A stretch of 64,000 nucleotides of DNA, taken from assembly GCF_963921235.1 (NCBI RefSeq), contig NC_086108.1, forward strand, positions 84,074,001 to 84,138,000, in the 5' to 3' direction. This document shows positions 1 to 11,345 of this stretch, piece after piece; position 1 is the stretch's first letter; each line of letters opens with the position of its first letter. The position numbers and the translations under genes are program-made. The stretch comes from Mobula hypostoma. Taxonomy: Eukaryota. The notes below the pieces were generated by a model. The model saw only the letters and a program-made list of their open reading frames with translations, was not told the origin of the DNA and did not search any database.

Positions 1-478
1 AACACTACCGGTCCTCCCCAGCATTCTGTTCCTGTGAACTGTTCATAAGCCGGACAGTTCGCATGTCATAAATGACGCTGTCATCCCAGGTGGAAGCGGA
101 TGCCTGCACCCCTGCAGCAGCTGGCAAATCTATCCCACCAGTCTCCCAAACACTCGGCCATATGTACAGGCTTACATGTCGGGCTTTCGTAAGCTGAGGA
201 GGAACTGTAGGGACCAGAGAACACAGGCAAACTGGAAGAGATACTACTTTAGATAATAAATTACATCATATTCATATAATACTTTGAAAATAAATAAAAT
301 GATTTAGAGATTAAGGTAGAATTAGTTAGGGTAACATGCTTCAGTGCATTATGTGTTTGATATTAAACTAATTGTAACTCAGTGGAACAATGTAATTAGA
401 GGTAACAGCAGCACACACAGGTTGTTGATTGACAGCAGATATACTTTAAATGATACAAGTATATCCAGTGAAGCAGGA

Positions 479-1152
479 GAAAATGGCAGCGCGACGCACT
501 GCGCAGCGGCCACTCCGGTGAATGGTCTCTGTACTCTGTCAAGTAGGGTGCCGTGCACAATCCTGATCTGATGAAGACAGACATGAGAGCATAGAGGAAC
601 ATCTGGAGAAACTTCTGAAATACCTTCTTCGCTGCCGCTGCTACTGTGTGATCCAGAACCTCTGAAGGAGAAGGCCCCGAGTCCTCGGCTTTGCTTGTTG
701 CTCAGCGGCCGGGGCAGGGTCGAAGCGCTCGGCAGAGGATGGTGCTCGGGAGGCTGTATCGGAGGGGCTGGTCGGAGGCTGGAAGTTTTCGGACAGACTC
801 AAGAGTCGGCTGTGGTCGGGTGCTTCCAATGCATTGGCAGTTGTTGGCGCCTGGAGGTTTATGGCAGGGAAAGTTTCTCCCTTCTGCCGCCTGCTATCGG
901 GACTATTGGGAGTCGATTGGAACTTTGAGACATTTTTTACCGTGGCCATGTTCTGCTCTTTATCAAATTATGGTATTGCTTTGCACTGCTGTAACTATAT
1001 GTTATAATTATGTGGTCTTGTCAGTGTTAGTCTTTGGTTTGTCCTTTTTTTTGTGATATCACTCTGGAGGAACATTGTATCATTTCCTAATGCATGCATT
1101 TCTAAATGACAATAAACGAGGACTGAGTGTCCTCATAATCTAATCTAATCTA
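479..1152 (+). mobile_element. Non-autonomous retroposon (SINE-like) with GC-rich 5' part and (TAATC)n tail
   Basis: Starts aaaatggcagcgcgacgc. CpG-rich body, AT-rich LINE-like 3' UTR with aataaa, ends taatctaatctaatcta. No coherent ORF. Confidence 0.65.
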
Positions 1153-1374
1153 TAGGTTTAATAAATGAGTCTTCTAGCAACACTTTTCTCCTTTTTTCTT
1201 TTTAATTTGTGCTTTAACTATTAACTGTTATCCACATTTTTAGGGAAATTAATTACCTTCCCAGCATTTTCCATTTGGGAAATTATTATTACAGAATTAT
1301 GAGGCTTTTATGGGATTTTGAGGCTTCTATTTCAGCCTGTTCAGAAACAGATTGATGAATTTTGATGACCAGGT

Positions 1375-3285
1375 CAGTAAATGTGCACCAGCTTACCCAC
1401 CATCAAGGACATAAATACAGAGAGGTGCCGGAAAAAGACCAGCAATATCATGAAGGATCCCACCCATCATGCTCATGGACTGTTTGTCCACTCCCATCAG
1501 GGAAGAAGGTACAGCAGCCACAGTAGGACCATTAGACTCAAAAACAGTTACTTTCCCCGAGCCATCAGGTTGATCAATACCTCCACTCAATAACCCACCT
1601 ACCATCCCTCACCACCATTACATCCACATCAGCCACTCTACTCCACTCCACAGCCCCTCAGGATCCTTCATCTCACCATCCCCTGCCACTCTAGTGTCAC
1701 GGCCACACAGTCACTGTCCTACTGTGTTTCCACATGCTACTGTCATTGAGAAGAGTTCCTCTTGCCAAGAGTCACTTTGTCACTTTATCATTTCCTGTCA
1801 TTCACCTTACATTCAGATACTCCTGCACCTAGTGTTACTTATGTACATACAATGAGTATAACTGTTGCTAACTGTTGCTTGCCAGTCATGGTCAGCAACA
1901 GTAGCCGTGAGTCTTTTCAGGTTAGATCAGGAGTAAAACAGGGATGCGTGATTGCCCCAACATTGTTCATCATCTTCATTGGGACAATCATCCACATTAT
2001 CAAGGACGACCTACCCCCAAGAATCGAAATTGTCTACAGAACAGATGGCAGACTTTTCAATCTTGCCCGTCTCAAGTCCAAAAACAAGACATCCACGAGT
2101 TCCAATACGCAGATGACAACAGTGTTGCAGCTTTCTCAGAAAACCACCTACAACAGATTCTGACTGCCTTCAACCGTGCATAATTCCAAGAAGACTCAGA
2201 TCATCTACCAATTGTCACCAACTGAGACAAATCGGATAGAACCATCAATTCAATTTGGCGAAACAACCCTGGAAAATGTGGACCACTTTCCGTATCTTGG
2301 AAGTCACCTCTCCTCCAACGCCCGTAATGACGAGATCCAACATCGTCTTAAATGCGCTGGCCAGCTTTTGGACATCTCAGAACAAGAGTCTTTCATGATT
2401 GTGACATCCGAACAGACACCACACTGTTAGTGTACAAAGCAGTGGGAATCCCAACACTCCTGTATGCATCAGAAATCTGGACAACATACTGATGACATCT
2501 GAAGGCACTTGAAAAGTTCCATCAACGATGTCTTCAAAACATCTTAAATATCATCCGGGAAGATAGAAGAACCAACGTCAGCGTGCTAAATGAAGCAAAA
2601 ACAACAAGCATTGAAGCCTACATCATCAAGAACTAACTAAAATGGAGCAGTCATGTTGTTTGGATGAAAGATGAATGTCTGCCGAAACAAATCTTCTACT
2701 CCCAGCTTAAAGAAGGCAAACGTAGAAGAGGTGGACAACAGAAGAGATTCAAAGACGTCTTAAAAGCCAACATGAAGAAATGTAACATCAACATCAACAA
2801 TTTGGAAACCAATGCCAAGGACAGGAAACTCTGGCAAGCCATCATCCGAGAAGGAACAGCAACTTTCAAAGCCAACAGATGTGCAGAATTAGGAGAAAAG
2901 AGAAGAAAATGGAAAGAGAGGCAGCAACAACCGAAGCCCGATCTGCCATCTGGAACTACCTGTCCTGAATGCGGAAGAATTTTCAAAGCCAAGATTGGGC
3001 TCATAAGCCACTTGAGAGCCCATAAATACGAACGTTTGTAGATCAACAGAATGAAGACCATCATCCTCAACTTCGAGGGATAGCCACAATGACGATAACT
3101 GTATAAGCTACACAGTCACACTCAACAGTTATTGTGTTTTATAGGATTGCTTGTATATTTATATTTGTAGCGCTTTTGACACTAATTGTGTTTATATTAT
3201 GTTGCATCGGATCCAGAGTAGCAATCATTTTGTTCTCCTTTACACTCATGTTCTGAAGAATGACTATAAACAATCTGGAATCTTG
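1375..3285 (+). mobile_element. Rex1/Babar-type LINE 3' fragment, split by an RTE insertion (pieces 1375-1865 and 3095-3285)
   Basis: ORF 1381..1593 IMKDPTHHAHGLF...RTIRLKNSYFPRAIRLIN is the typical C-terminus of this clade. The 3' UTR resumes after 3095. Confidence 0.75.
1866..3094 (+). mobile_element. 5'-truncated RTE-clade LINE (RT plus C-terminal C2H2), frameshifted
   Basis: GVKQGCVIAPTLF, QYADD, VDHFPYLGS, RRRGGQQKRFKD and TCPECGRIFKAKIGLISHLRAH. 8-bp TSD ataactgt at 1858-1865 and 3095-3102. Confidence 0.92.
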
Positions 3286-4943
3286 AACCATAAATGCTTT
3301 GTGTGTTGGAATGCAAGCTTCCTGACTTGTTTGACGACCCCCCCCCCCCCCACCATTGTTTTGTTTCTGGTGACCAAAGGTAAATCATGAAATGGATTCA
3401 GTTGTCTGGTGTTGTTCTTATTGTGTAAAAAGCTCTAAAGGAAGATTACAGAAACATTCAAGGTCCACGTTTTCACAAAAATATTGTGCTTGAAAATGAC
3501 AAAAGTAAAAATGTATAGGAATTGAAAATGATAGTAAGTTGTAAGTTGTCTCTGTGAAGTATCTTTTGCTATACCTACATGTTTACAGACACCCGCTAAA
3601 TCACATTGATCTGAGCAATGCTGGCATTTTTTGCAAAGGAGGTAACAGTGCAGGCCTTACAGATTGAATGGTATGCTTCTAAGCTAGAACATGCTGCAGA
3701 ACTCATACTCCTTGTGTTTCAAATTAACTTGGAGAAATGGAAATGCTTAATACAAAATCAGTCACTCTGATTTTCAAACATGCAATTAAGGTGGAAAAGA
3801 ATCAATTAAACAGGATTGTAAACTTTTCATTGACTGATGCAATGCATACAATAACTTGACACAATGATTTGAAATAGTTGGTTTGCAGCACTACTTATCA
3901 TGTTAAGAATATTCAAATAAGCAAAAATTGCAAAGAGTATTCCTCAAGAACATTTATATCACTTCATTCTCCAAGCCATGTAGCTTCTATCATGTAACCT
4001 ATGGAATGGGCACCATGGAATCCAGTTCTTCTCTGCCAGGTCATGAAATGTTACTTCTCCTATATTGTCTGTATGCCAGTAATTTCATATTGATACTTTA
4101 GTAGTAGAAAATGTGCTCATAACATCTGTATATTTAACAAAACCAGTAAATGCATCCCAGCTGTGGTAATGTGCAACCTCTTATCGGTTTGGAAAATGCA
4201 CTGCTACATGCTTGCAAGCTGGTGTGTTCCGAAAGTGTTGCTGCTGTACCAACTCTTCTTATCGTACAATAAATGTTTCAAAGTTTTTTTTTCCCAATGG
4301 CTGTATTTATGTTTGAAATGTTACTAAGCTATGCAGTTTGCTCAAACGTTCACAGTGCCCTCTGCTCCTGCCATTCCAGGAGGCCATTAGGTGGTGCATG
4401 AGAGCAACTGAAGTGAGTTCTACATTTATAGCAACATCTTGTGGAAAAGTTGGCTATCATTCACAGAAGCAAACAGTATGGAAATAAGATCCTTTGGCTA
4501 TCATGTCCATGATGACCACCAACTACCTATTTGCACTAAGTTTATAATAATCCCATTATATAGTCTCTCCACATTCTCATCAGCTACTCCAGACTCTACC
4601 ATTCAGCGCACACTAGGGATAAGTTAGTGGCCAATAGCCACCCACAGAGCTTTGGAATATAAAATGAAACAGGAACATCCAACTGGATTAAGGGGTTAAG
4701 TGGTCTTCAATTACACATTCTAATTTACACTCCTGCTAGCATTTGTCTATAATTAACAAGATCTTCATAACTCTCCTTCTAAAGCCCACTCAAGATAAGA
4801 ACCACCACCGCACATGGAAACATCAATGAAAATCTACATCCTTCCACTTGAGCAAGATGTTCAAAGTAAATACTCCAGTCTACACAGTTCTGCAAGAGCA
4901 AATTGAAAAATCTAATAGTTTCAATTAGCCATGCTTTACTTAC

Positions 4944-5090
4944 CCCACGACCCATCATTCCATTGTTGACTGGAAGGCCGATAAATGTGAAAGCCGCTTC
5001 ACGGATGAAATAAGGATTCAGAATTCGTATCTCTTTGGGCTCCTTTGGGACGACTGTGGCAACAGACTTCCAGAAACCATCTGAAGGACT
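4944..5090 (-). CDS. ST3GAL3: Internal coding exon of CMP-Neu5Ac:beta-galactoside alpha-2,3-sialyltransferase 3 (region just before sialylmotif S)
   Basis: Minus strand: acceptor tttgctttacttctttacag, 147 nt, phase 0 at both ends, donor GGG|gtaagt. Translation SPSDGFWKSVATVVPKEPKEIRILNPYFIREAAFTFIGLPVNNGMMGRG closely matches the recalled human ST3GAL3 segment SASDGFWKSVATRVPKEPPEIRILNPYFIQEAAFTLIGLPFNNGLMGRG. Absent from the ORF track. Confidence 0.95.
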
Positions 5091-5946
5091 CTGTAAAGAA
5101 GTAAAGCAAAACGGCTACTCTCCATTTAAAAACAATCAACATACTTTTCAGTCTGTACTAATTTATTTTGTATCCTATTTCTGTTTAATACAATCCACCT
5201 AAATGGTGAAGAAAGCAACCATTCCAACGGTCATGAATTATTCATTTGGGCTCATTTCATTGTTTTTTTTCCCCATATGACAACTTGCTTTTTGATGATA
5301 GCTTTGGAACTGACATTTTTTGCACTTTTCATAATATTTTTGAGTTCTTTGTGCCGTTGTCCTATCCGGCTTCTGGAACACTTGACTGAACTGACAGGTG
5401 ATCATACAAATCTATCCCTTTATAATGTGGTGCAAATGTAGAAATCTCTGTTCATGTTTCATGTCCCTCACAAACAATGTTAACAAAATAATCTCTCATT
5501 CTTAGCAGGAAGGTCTCTAAATAGGGTGACCAATTTTAAGTACTGTAAAACTGTTAATCTGGTATACTAAGAACTTTGGTGGTGCTCGAATGGTAAAGTT
5601 CCCAGATCCTTGGATGTTGTTCCAATTAATATTCCAACACACAGTAAATTCACTTTCTCTTGGATGTTACCCTTGTAACAGTATCAGAAATTTTTCTGTG
5701 AGCCCATAAAGGAGTGCTGGAAGTAGAACAAGATGAGCTTCAGGGCAGCATGGAAGTCTCAGAGGGTTGCCAGAACAGGGGCCTCAGTGAGATGTCTAAC
5801 CATCACAATTTCCAAACAACTGGATGGCACATTTTAAGAGTTTTAATGTGATTGGCAGCAGCATGGCAGAAATGAAGAGAAGTTCACTACTTTTAACGTG
5901 ATGGAGGCTAAAACAGGCAGCTACTTGACAGATATTTGGATATGCC

Positions 5947-6027
5947 CTGAATTTGTAACATAACTCAGATTAAGTTAACTTTACACTGAATTTGTAACAT
6001 AACTCAGATTAAGTTAACTTTACACTG
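5947..6027. repeat. Perfect 39-bp tandem duplication
   Basis: ctgaatttgtaacataactcagattaagttaactttaca twice, plus ctg. Confidence 0.95.
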
Positions 6028-8039
6028 GGCCAAATCATTTCCTCATATTTCCATAAATTTTTATGATTCCCAGTCTAAAGCTGAAGTACAGCCATATGGA
6101 CAATAAAAATGATAAAATTTTGTATTATAAACTGTCATTTATTCATGATACTTAACACAGAAAAAGTTACCAACTCTACCAAATAGTAAGCACTTCATCA
6201 TTACACAACCTGCAAAAGTTTAGAATCACGAACATACAGTCCAAATTTTGTGGCAAGAAAAAATGTTTCTTTTTTTGTCTTTGAATTAACTGCTCAATAG
6301 CTGAATTGGTGCAGTGAGGAGTAAATTGAGAAGGATCATAATTTTTTCAAGAAAATACAAAGTTGGGGATTTCAACTCTTGAAGACTATTGGCAGTTATT
6401 GTTAGGACTTTAGGAAAAACAAGTGTGTAAGTTCATCAGTTACACACTATGACATGGATTTCAGTATAGCAGCAGAATGTCTTCACATTTCCTTTGCCTT
6501 TACCCAACACCCTACTGCTGCCATCCCTTTAAACAAACTAACAGCTTATATGTTCAGCAATATAAATATATAGGCCATAGGCAAAATGCTGGAGAACTTC
6601 CAAAGGGCTTTAATAGGAATGACTCAATGGTAAGTCCTGTTTGGCATCATTTTATAACTTCATACTATAAATACATTCTCTTCAACTAAAATCACTCCGA
6701 ACTTGATCTCTCTGAATTTTCATAGCATTGGTGTCTGATGAACATTTCTGGTTTTTGTTTTAAAAATAATGAGATTTATGACAAAAAGTATACCAAAATT
6801 ATTCTATAGTATCAAATGGTTTGATAATAGAGAAGACTTGGGATGATTCTAAGATCCAAATTAATGTTGTTTCACTTATGGGACTAGTACTTCATTAGAA
6901 CAGTTCTGAAAGGCAGAACAGAAAGCTATTAACAAGTCGAGAATTCAGTCAACAACCAGATGTGACCACAAAATGAAGACATAAGTCTATCTCTCCAAGC
7001 AGTTTCACACCCTTTCCATAAGTTTTAACCATTCATTGAAGACCCGTTTCAATCCAAATCCATTTTAACCAGCATATAGTGATGACATAACAATGACTTA
7101 GCCATGTGATGACTTTATAATTGTTAAAATTTGGTCCGAAAGAGCCGAGTTCATGAAAATATGGGGAATGTATGGGATGTCCATAGGAAACCGTTTTCCA
7201 ATGCTGTATACTAAAGATTGGGATTACTCTCCATTAATAGGCAGCAAATCTGAAAATATCCATTAAATGGTTACTTTTTTCACGATTTTCCTCCTTTAGG
7301 TTCCAAACTTCTGCTCTATCTCGTAAAATTTTAAGCTGGAACAATAATTAAAAAAATACACTTCAACATTCAATATGCCTGATGAGTAATAGGGGTGTGG
7401 TATTTTAATAAAAACCGTCATATCATTTTCTCTCGTCACTATTGGCACATTGCCTCTTAACAAAGCCATTCAGCTATGCTAATAACAGTGTTGTTGTAAG
7501 GTTGCATTACTCACTATGAACACTACTAGTTTGCTTTCATCTTTGGCAAGAACCAAATTTTAATAAATAAAAAGTAGGTTAAGGGAGAAGTTAGAGTATG
7601 ATTCTTAGTAATATGGTACCTTCCTCTAAAAAAAATGTTATCAACAAGGTTAAAGGTTTCTTTGTAAAAAGTGATAACATTCCAAATGGAGAAACATTAG
7701 AACCATTTCCGAATCTGGAGAAATAAGTCGCAATCGTGGTGTCTCCCTGGTTATTAACTACTAAATGAATTAAATGCCACAGACTGCAACAAACAATTTG
7801 TCAGGCACTCCATATATTTGTACCAGGCCAACATCAAAATCAAAGTAAATATTTCAGGGAAGAGAATAAAAATTAGTATGTATAAGTGTATCTTCAGTCT
7901 TTTCTCATAAATATATTGTCTGATGAACTCTGAGGTTTGCACTCAGATTTTACGTATTTCCTTTAGATCATCAAACTGGACACAGTACACAGGGTGCCAT
8001 CTTATTATTCTGAAATACCACTTCAAAATTATTTATTCT

Positions 8040-8125
8040 ACTTACTTCTACTGATTTAAAAATATAGTTCAGCATTCTAGTCACTTTGGCAATCACTGCT
8101 TCATGTCGACTTGGTATGTTAAGTA
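8040..8125 (-). mobile_element. Ancient CR1-like RT remnant
   Basis: PSRHEAVIAKVTRMLNYIFKSVE resembles the CR1 ORF2 motif (QC..A.KKANRMLG.I.RSVE). Confidence 0.5.
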
Positions 8126-8605
8126 CAGCCATTCCTTTTACAAAGAAATCTAGAAAATACTGAATTCTATGAAAATTGATGGCCACAATGACCTCTACTA
8201 GGTCAATATGGTTACGTTAGGCAAATCACTTGCAGATTAGATGTACTTGTAGTCACTTACTAATGTCCATGTCGTGATAAAGAATTTTATGTACTAAAGT
8301 ACATTTATTGCTAATAGCAAATATAAATTTTAGGACTCAATCCAAATGTAGGTTTATAGTAGTTTATAAAATATTGCACAATATTTTAGTATTCTAAAGA
8401 GTGTAATCTATTCTTGAAATTTAAGAGAACTGGGCCAGATTTAAAATAAAGAGGTAACCCAAAAAGATCTGTACAAACTGGAGCAGAAAAAATCCTGCGG
8501 ATGGAAATTCGAAACTAAAACTGAACATGTTGGTCACTGAATATTTTTAGGGAGAGAAACAGTCAATGTTTCAGGACCCGTCAGCAAAACTAGAAAAGCA
8601 AAACG

Positions 8606-8828
8606 TTACACACATCACGGTTGCTGGTGAAGACAGCAGGCCAGGCAGCATCTCTAGGAAGAGGAACAGTCGATGTTTCAGGCCGAGACCCTTCGTTAGT
8701 CCTGACAAAGGGTCTCGGCCTGAAACATCGACTGTACCGCTTCCTAGAGATGCTGCCTGGCCTGCTGAGTTCACCAGCAACTTTGATGCGTGTTGCTTGA
8801 ATTTCCAGCATCTGCAGAATTCCTCGTG
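8606..8828. mobile_element. Palindromic Penelope-derived terminal repeat with two decayed hammerhead motifs head-to-head
   Basis: Arms of about 90 bp are near-perfect reverse complements centred near 8700. Same family as the 3' end of the GIY-YIG element at 51736-52501. Confidence 0.8.
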
Positions 8829-8858
8829 AAAGCAAAAAGTTACGTGTGTGTTTTACTC

Positions 8859-8901
8859 TGTGTGTGTGTGTGTGTGTGTGGAGAGAGGGAGAAGGAGAGG
8901 G

Positions 8902-8946
<45 letters not shown>

Positions 8947-8948
8947 TA
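8859..8948. repeat. Compound (GT)n/(GA)n microsatellite
   Basis: Directly visible. Confidence 0.95.
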
Positions 8949-9864
8949 TGGGGAACACCCTCACCCTGTAATTCGGATGGTTTTAGGCCAAAGTTATTTA
9001 AGGTAACAAATAACATTTAGAAATACGATTTCTAAATCAACATTGAGTTAACCCACTACTTTTTATTTAATTTCTGTTTTTGAACTATTTACCTTCATTG
9101 AACTTTTAATATTCATATATACTTACTGTGATTCCATTTTTTCTATATTTATCATATAAATATAAATATATAAATCATATAAATGTATTGCTGCCGCAAA
9201 GTTAACAAATTTCACGACATATACCAGTGATATTAAACCTCATTCTGATACTGCAACTGATAGTTGGAGACCAAAAAAAGAGGTAGACTAATTGAAACAG
9301 AAAGAGGAACCATACTTGTGAGAAAAATCTGTCCAGAAATTAGTTGATATGAGGTCATTGACTTCATATATGTAACCAGGTAACCATTGAATACTGTATT
9401 TTATTTTTAAAGTGCACTTATGTATTCACCTTGGGAATGCTAAAATAGCTGCCTGTGCCTTTAAGAGAAAATGGTGATTTCATTATGTAAGTGTGGAGTA
9501 GAACGAAGAGTTACAATGTTCTAGAAAGAACATTGAGTGCTGGTCATATGGTAAGGAAAGGTGAATAATATTTGATAATATCCACGTAAACTCGTTTATA
9601 CTTGTTTGTATATCTAGAATATCGGTAATTTGACATTTTACATGTGGATGCTTTAGATTATTGTAAATTAGGTATCATCGTTGGATAGCGTGGTTGTGCG
9701 AAGTTCCTTATCGGCCTAGTAGGTTTGTCGTTTTAGCAAGTTAACTACAAGGCAATATAATGTAAATGTTTATTGTGTCTTACTTTGTTGTTTCATGACT
9801 GAATGTGAATGTTGATCTCTGTTCACATAGTGTGAGTGAAGGGAACTCATTTCAGGGTCTAGAC

Positions 9865-10287
9865 CAGCGGTCCCCAACCACCGGGCCGCAAGTCATGTGC
9901 TACCAGGCCATGAGGAAACAATATGAGTCAGCTGCACCCTTCCTCATTCCCTGTCACGCACTGTTGAACTTGAACATAGGGTTGCCAACTGTCCCGTATT
10001 TGCTAGGACATCCCGTATATTGGCCTAAATTGGTTTGTCCTGCATTTCCCCCGCTAAGGTAGAGCGTTCCTATGAAACCTTTCGTGCTGAAATGGTGTGA
10101 AGCGAAGAAGCAATTACCATTAATTTATATGGGAAAATTTTTGAGCGTTCCAAGACCCAAATAATAACCTAACAAATCGTACCAAATAACACATAAAACT
10201 GAAAATAAATAACACTAACATATAGTAAAAGCAGGAATGATATGATAAATACACAGCCTATATAAAGTAGAAATGATATATGTACAG
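9865..10287. mobile_element. Chimeric DNA-transposon remnant: hAT/Charlie end, second hAT-like end, Tigger-family fragment
   Basis: cagcggtccccaaccaccggg is the reverse complement of the right end of the 20704-21899 element and follows a gtctagac target. Then tagggttgccaactgtcccg. 10045-10287 matches 45175-45400 and 45590-45605 of the Tigger element. Confidence 0.75.
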
Positions 10288-10524
10288 AATGAAATATCAG
10301 CCATTAGAATTTGGCTTGGAGAAGAATGTCTGTTTCCTCATCAACAAGTAAATTGCTTAAATAGAGGGAAACTATGATTGTTAATCCATTTGTTTAAAAT
10401 AATTGCTTTGATGATTTTACTTCAGAGACATATTGCATCTTCCAAAACCAAAGTAAATAAGTAATTGATTCCGAAGCTGCTGCAGAGGGATGAGAAAGTC
10501 AGACAATGGAATTGCTTTTCATAA

Positions 10525-10651
10525 ACACAGTGCAGATGCTGGAAATCCAGAGTATCACACACAAAATGCTAAAGGAACTCAGTAGGTCAGGCGGCATCTC
10601 TGAAGAGGAATAAACAGTGGACATTTCAGGCTGAGACCCTTCATCAGGACT
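10525..10651 (-). mobile_element. Penelope-derived terminal repeat with minimal hammerhead motif
   Basis: Minus strand reads agtc-CTGATGA-agggtctcagcct-GAAATGTC-cactgt. Confidence 0.75.
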
Positions 10652-11345
10652 AATTTTGTGTGGGATCGCTTTTCAGATTGACTTTGTTAAGAAGTGGGAC
10701 AGACAAAAGTGGTTTTCTTTTGTGCTGCAAACCTTTATCGTTCTGTGATTATGGCACACAGTGGACAATCATCTACACACAAGAATATGGCAGTTTGTTT
10801 CATGACAGTATTATCGTAAGTATTAAGAATTTATTTCAGCAAATAATACCAAGAACATGCAAGTAAATTAGGAACGTGTCAACAAAATTTCCAAGAGAAT
10901 TAATAGGCACAGAAAAAGTCTGTAAAGTAGGCTCAATGTAAAGTAATTAAAATCAATGGTATCATTGATTTCTTTCTTCAGGAGCACGAAAGGACTACAA
11001 ACAGTTCCAAAAGATAATCGACCAAAAGTAAAGCCTAAGAAATCAAAGAAGTCAGACAACAAAAATTACATGGGGGACCTCGGAAACATGTGAATGACCT
11101 CCACAGGCTTCAAACGCAGCCGGAGACTACCCCAGAAGCATTTTGCATTGAACATTGTTCACATTAGTGTGCTGCTGTATTCAAGAGAAAAAAATAGAAT
11201 ATGTAATGAAGTATATGAGGGAAATTAGGAAGGCTAGTTACTGCAAGCAACAGGCACTAATTCTCTTGCCTAACTTTCTTTAAAAAAACAATGAAATAAT
11301 GACAACTATCTCCTGTGCTGTATCAGTCTATGATGAGAACAAACA

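Noticed and set aside
560..600. ctgatga motif as a possible hammerhead or C box
   Set aside because: No properly placed GAAA, stems or D-box terminal stem.
7234..9366. Possible 3-exon minus-strand gene (MKSMTSYQLISGQIFLTN / FFVKGMAVLNIPSRHEAVIAKVTRMLNYIFKSVE / LKILRDRAEVW...FAAY*) with compatible phases
   Set aside because: The middle segment resembles a decayed CR1 RT motif. The other pieces have no recognisable homology or codon bias, so chance assembly is likely.
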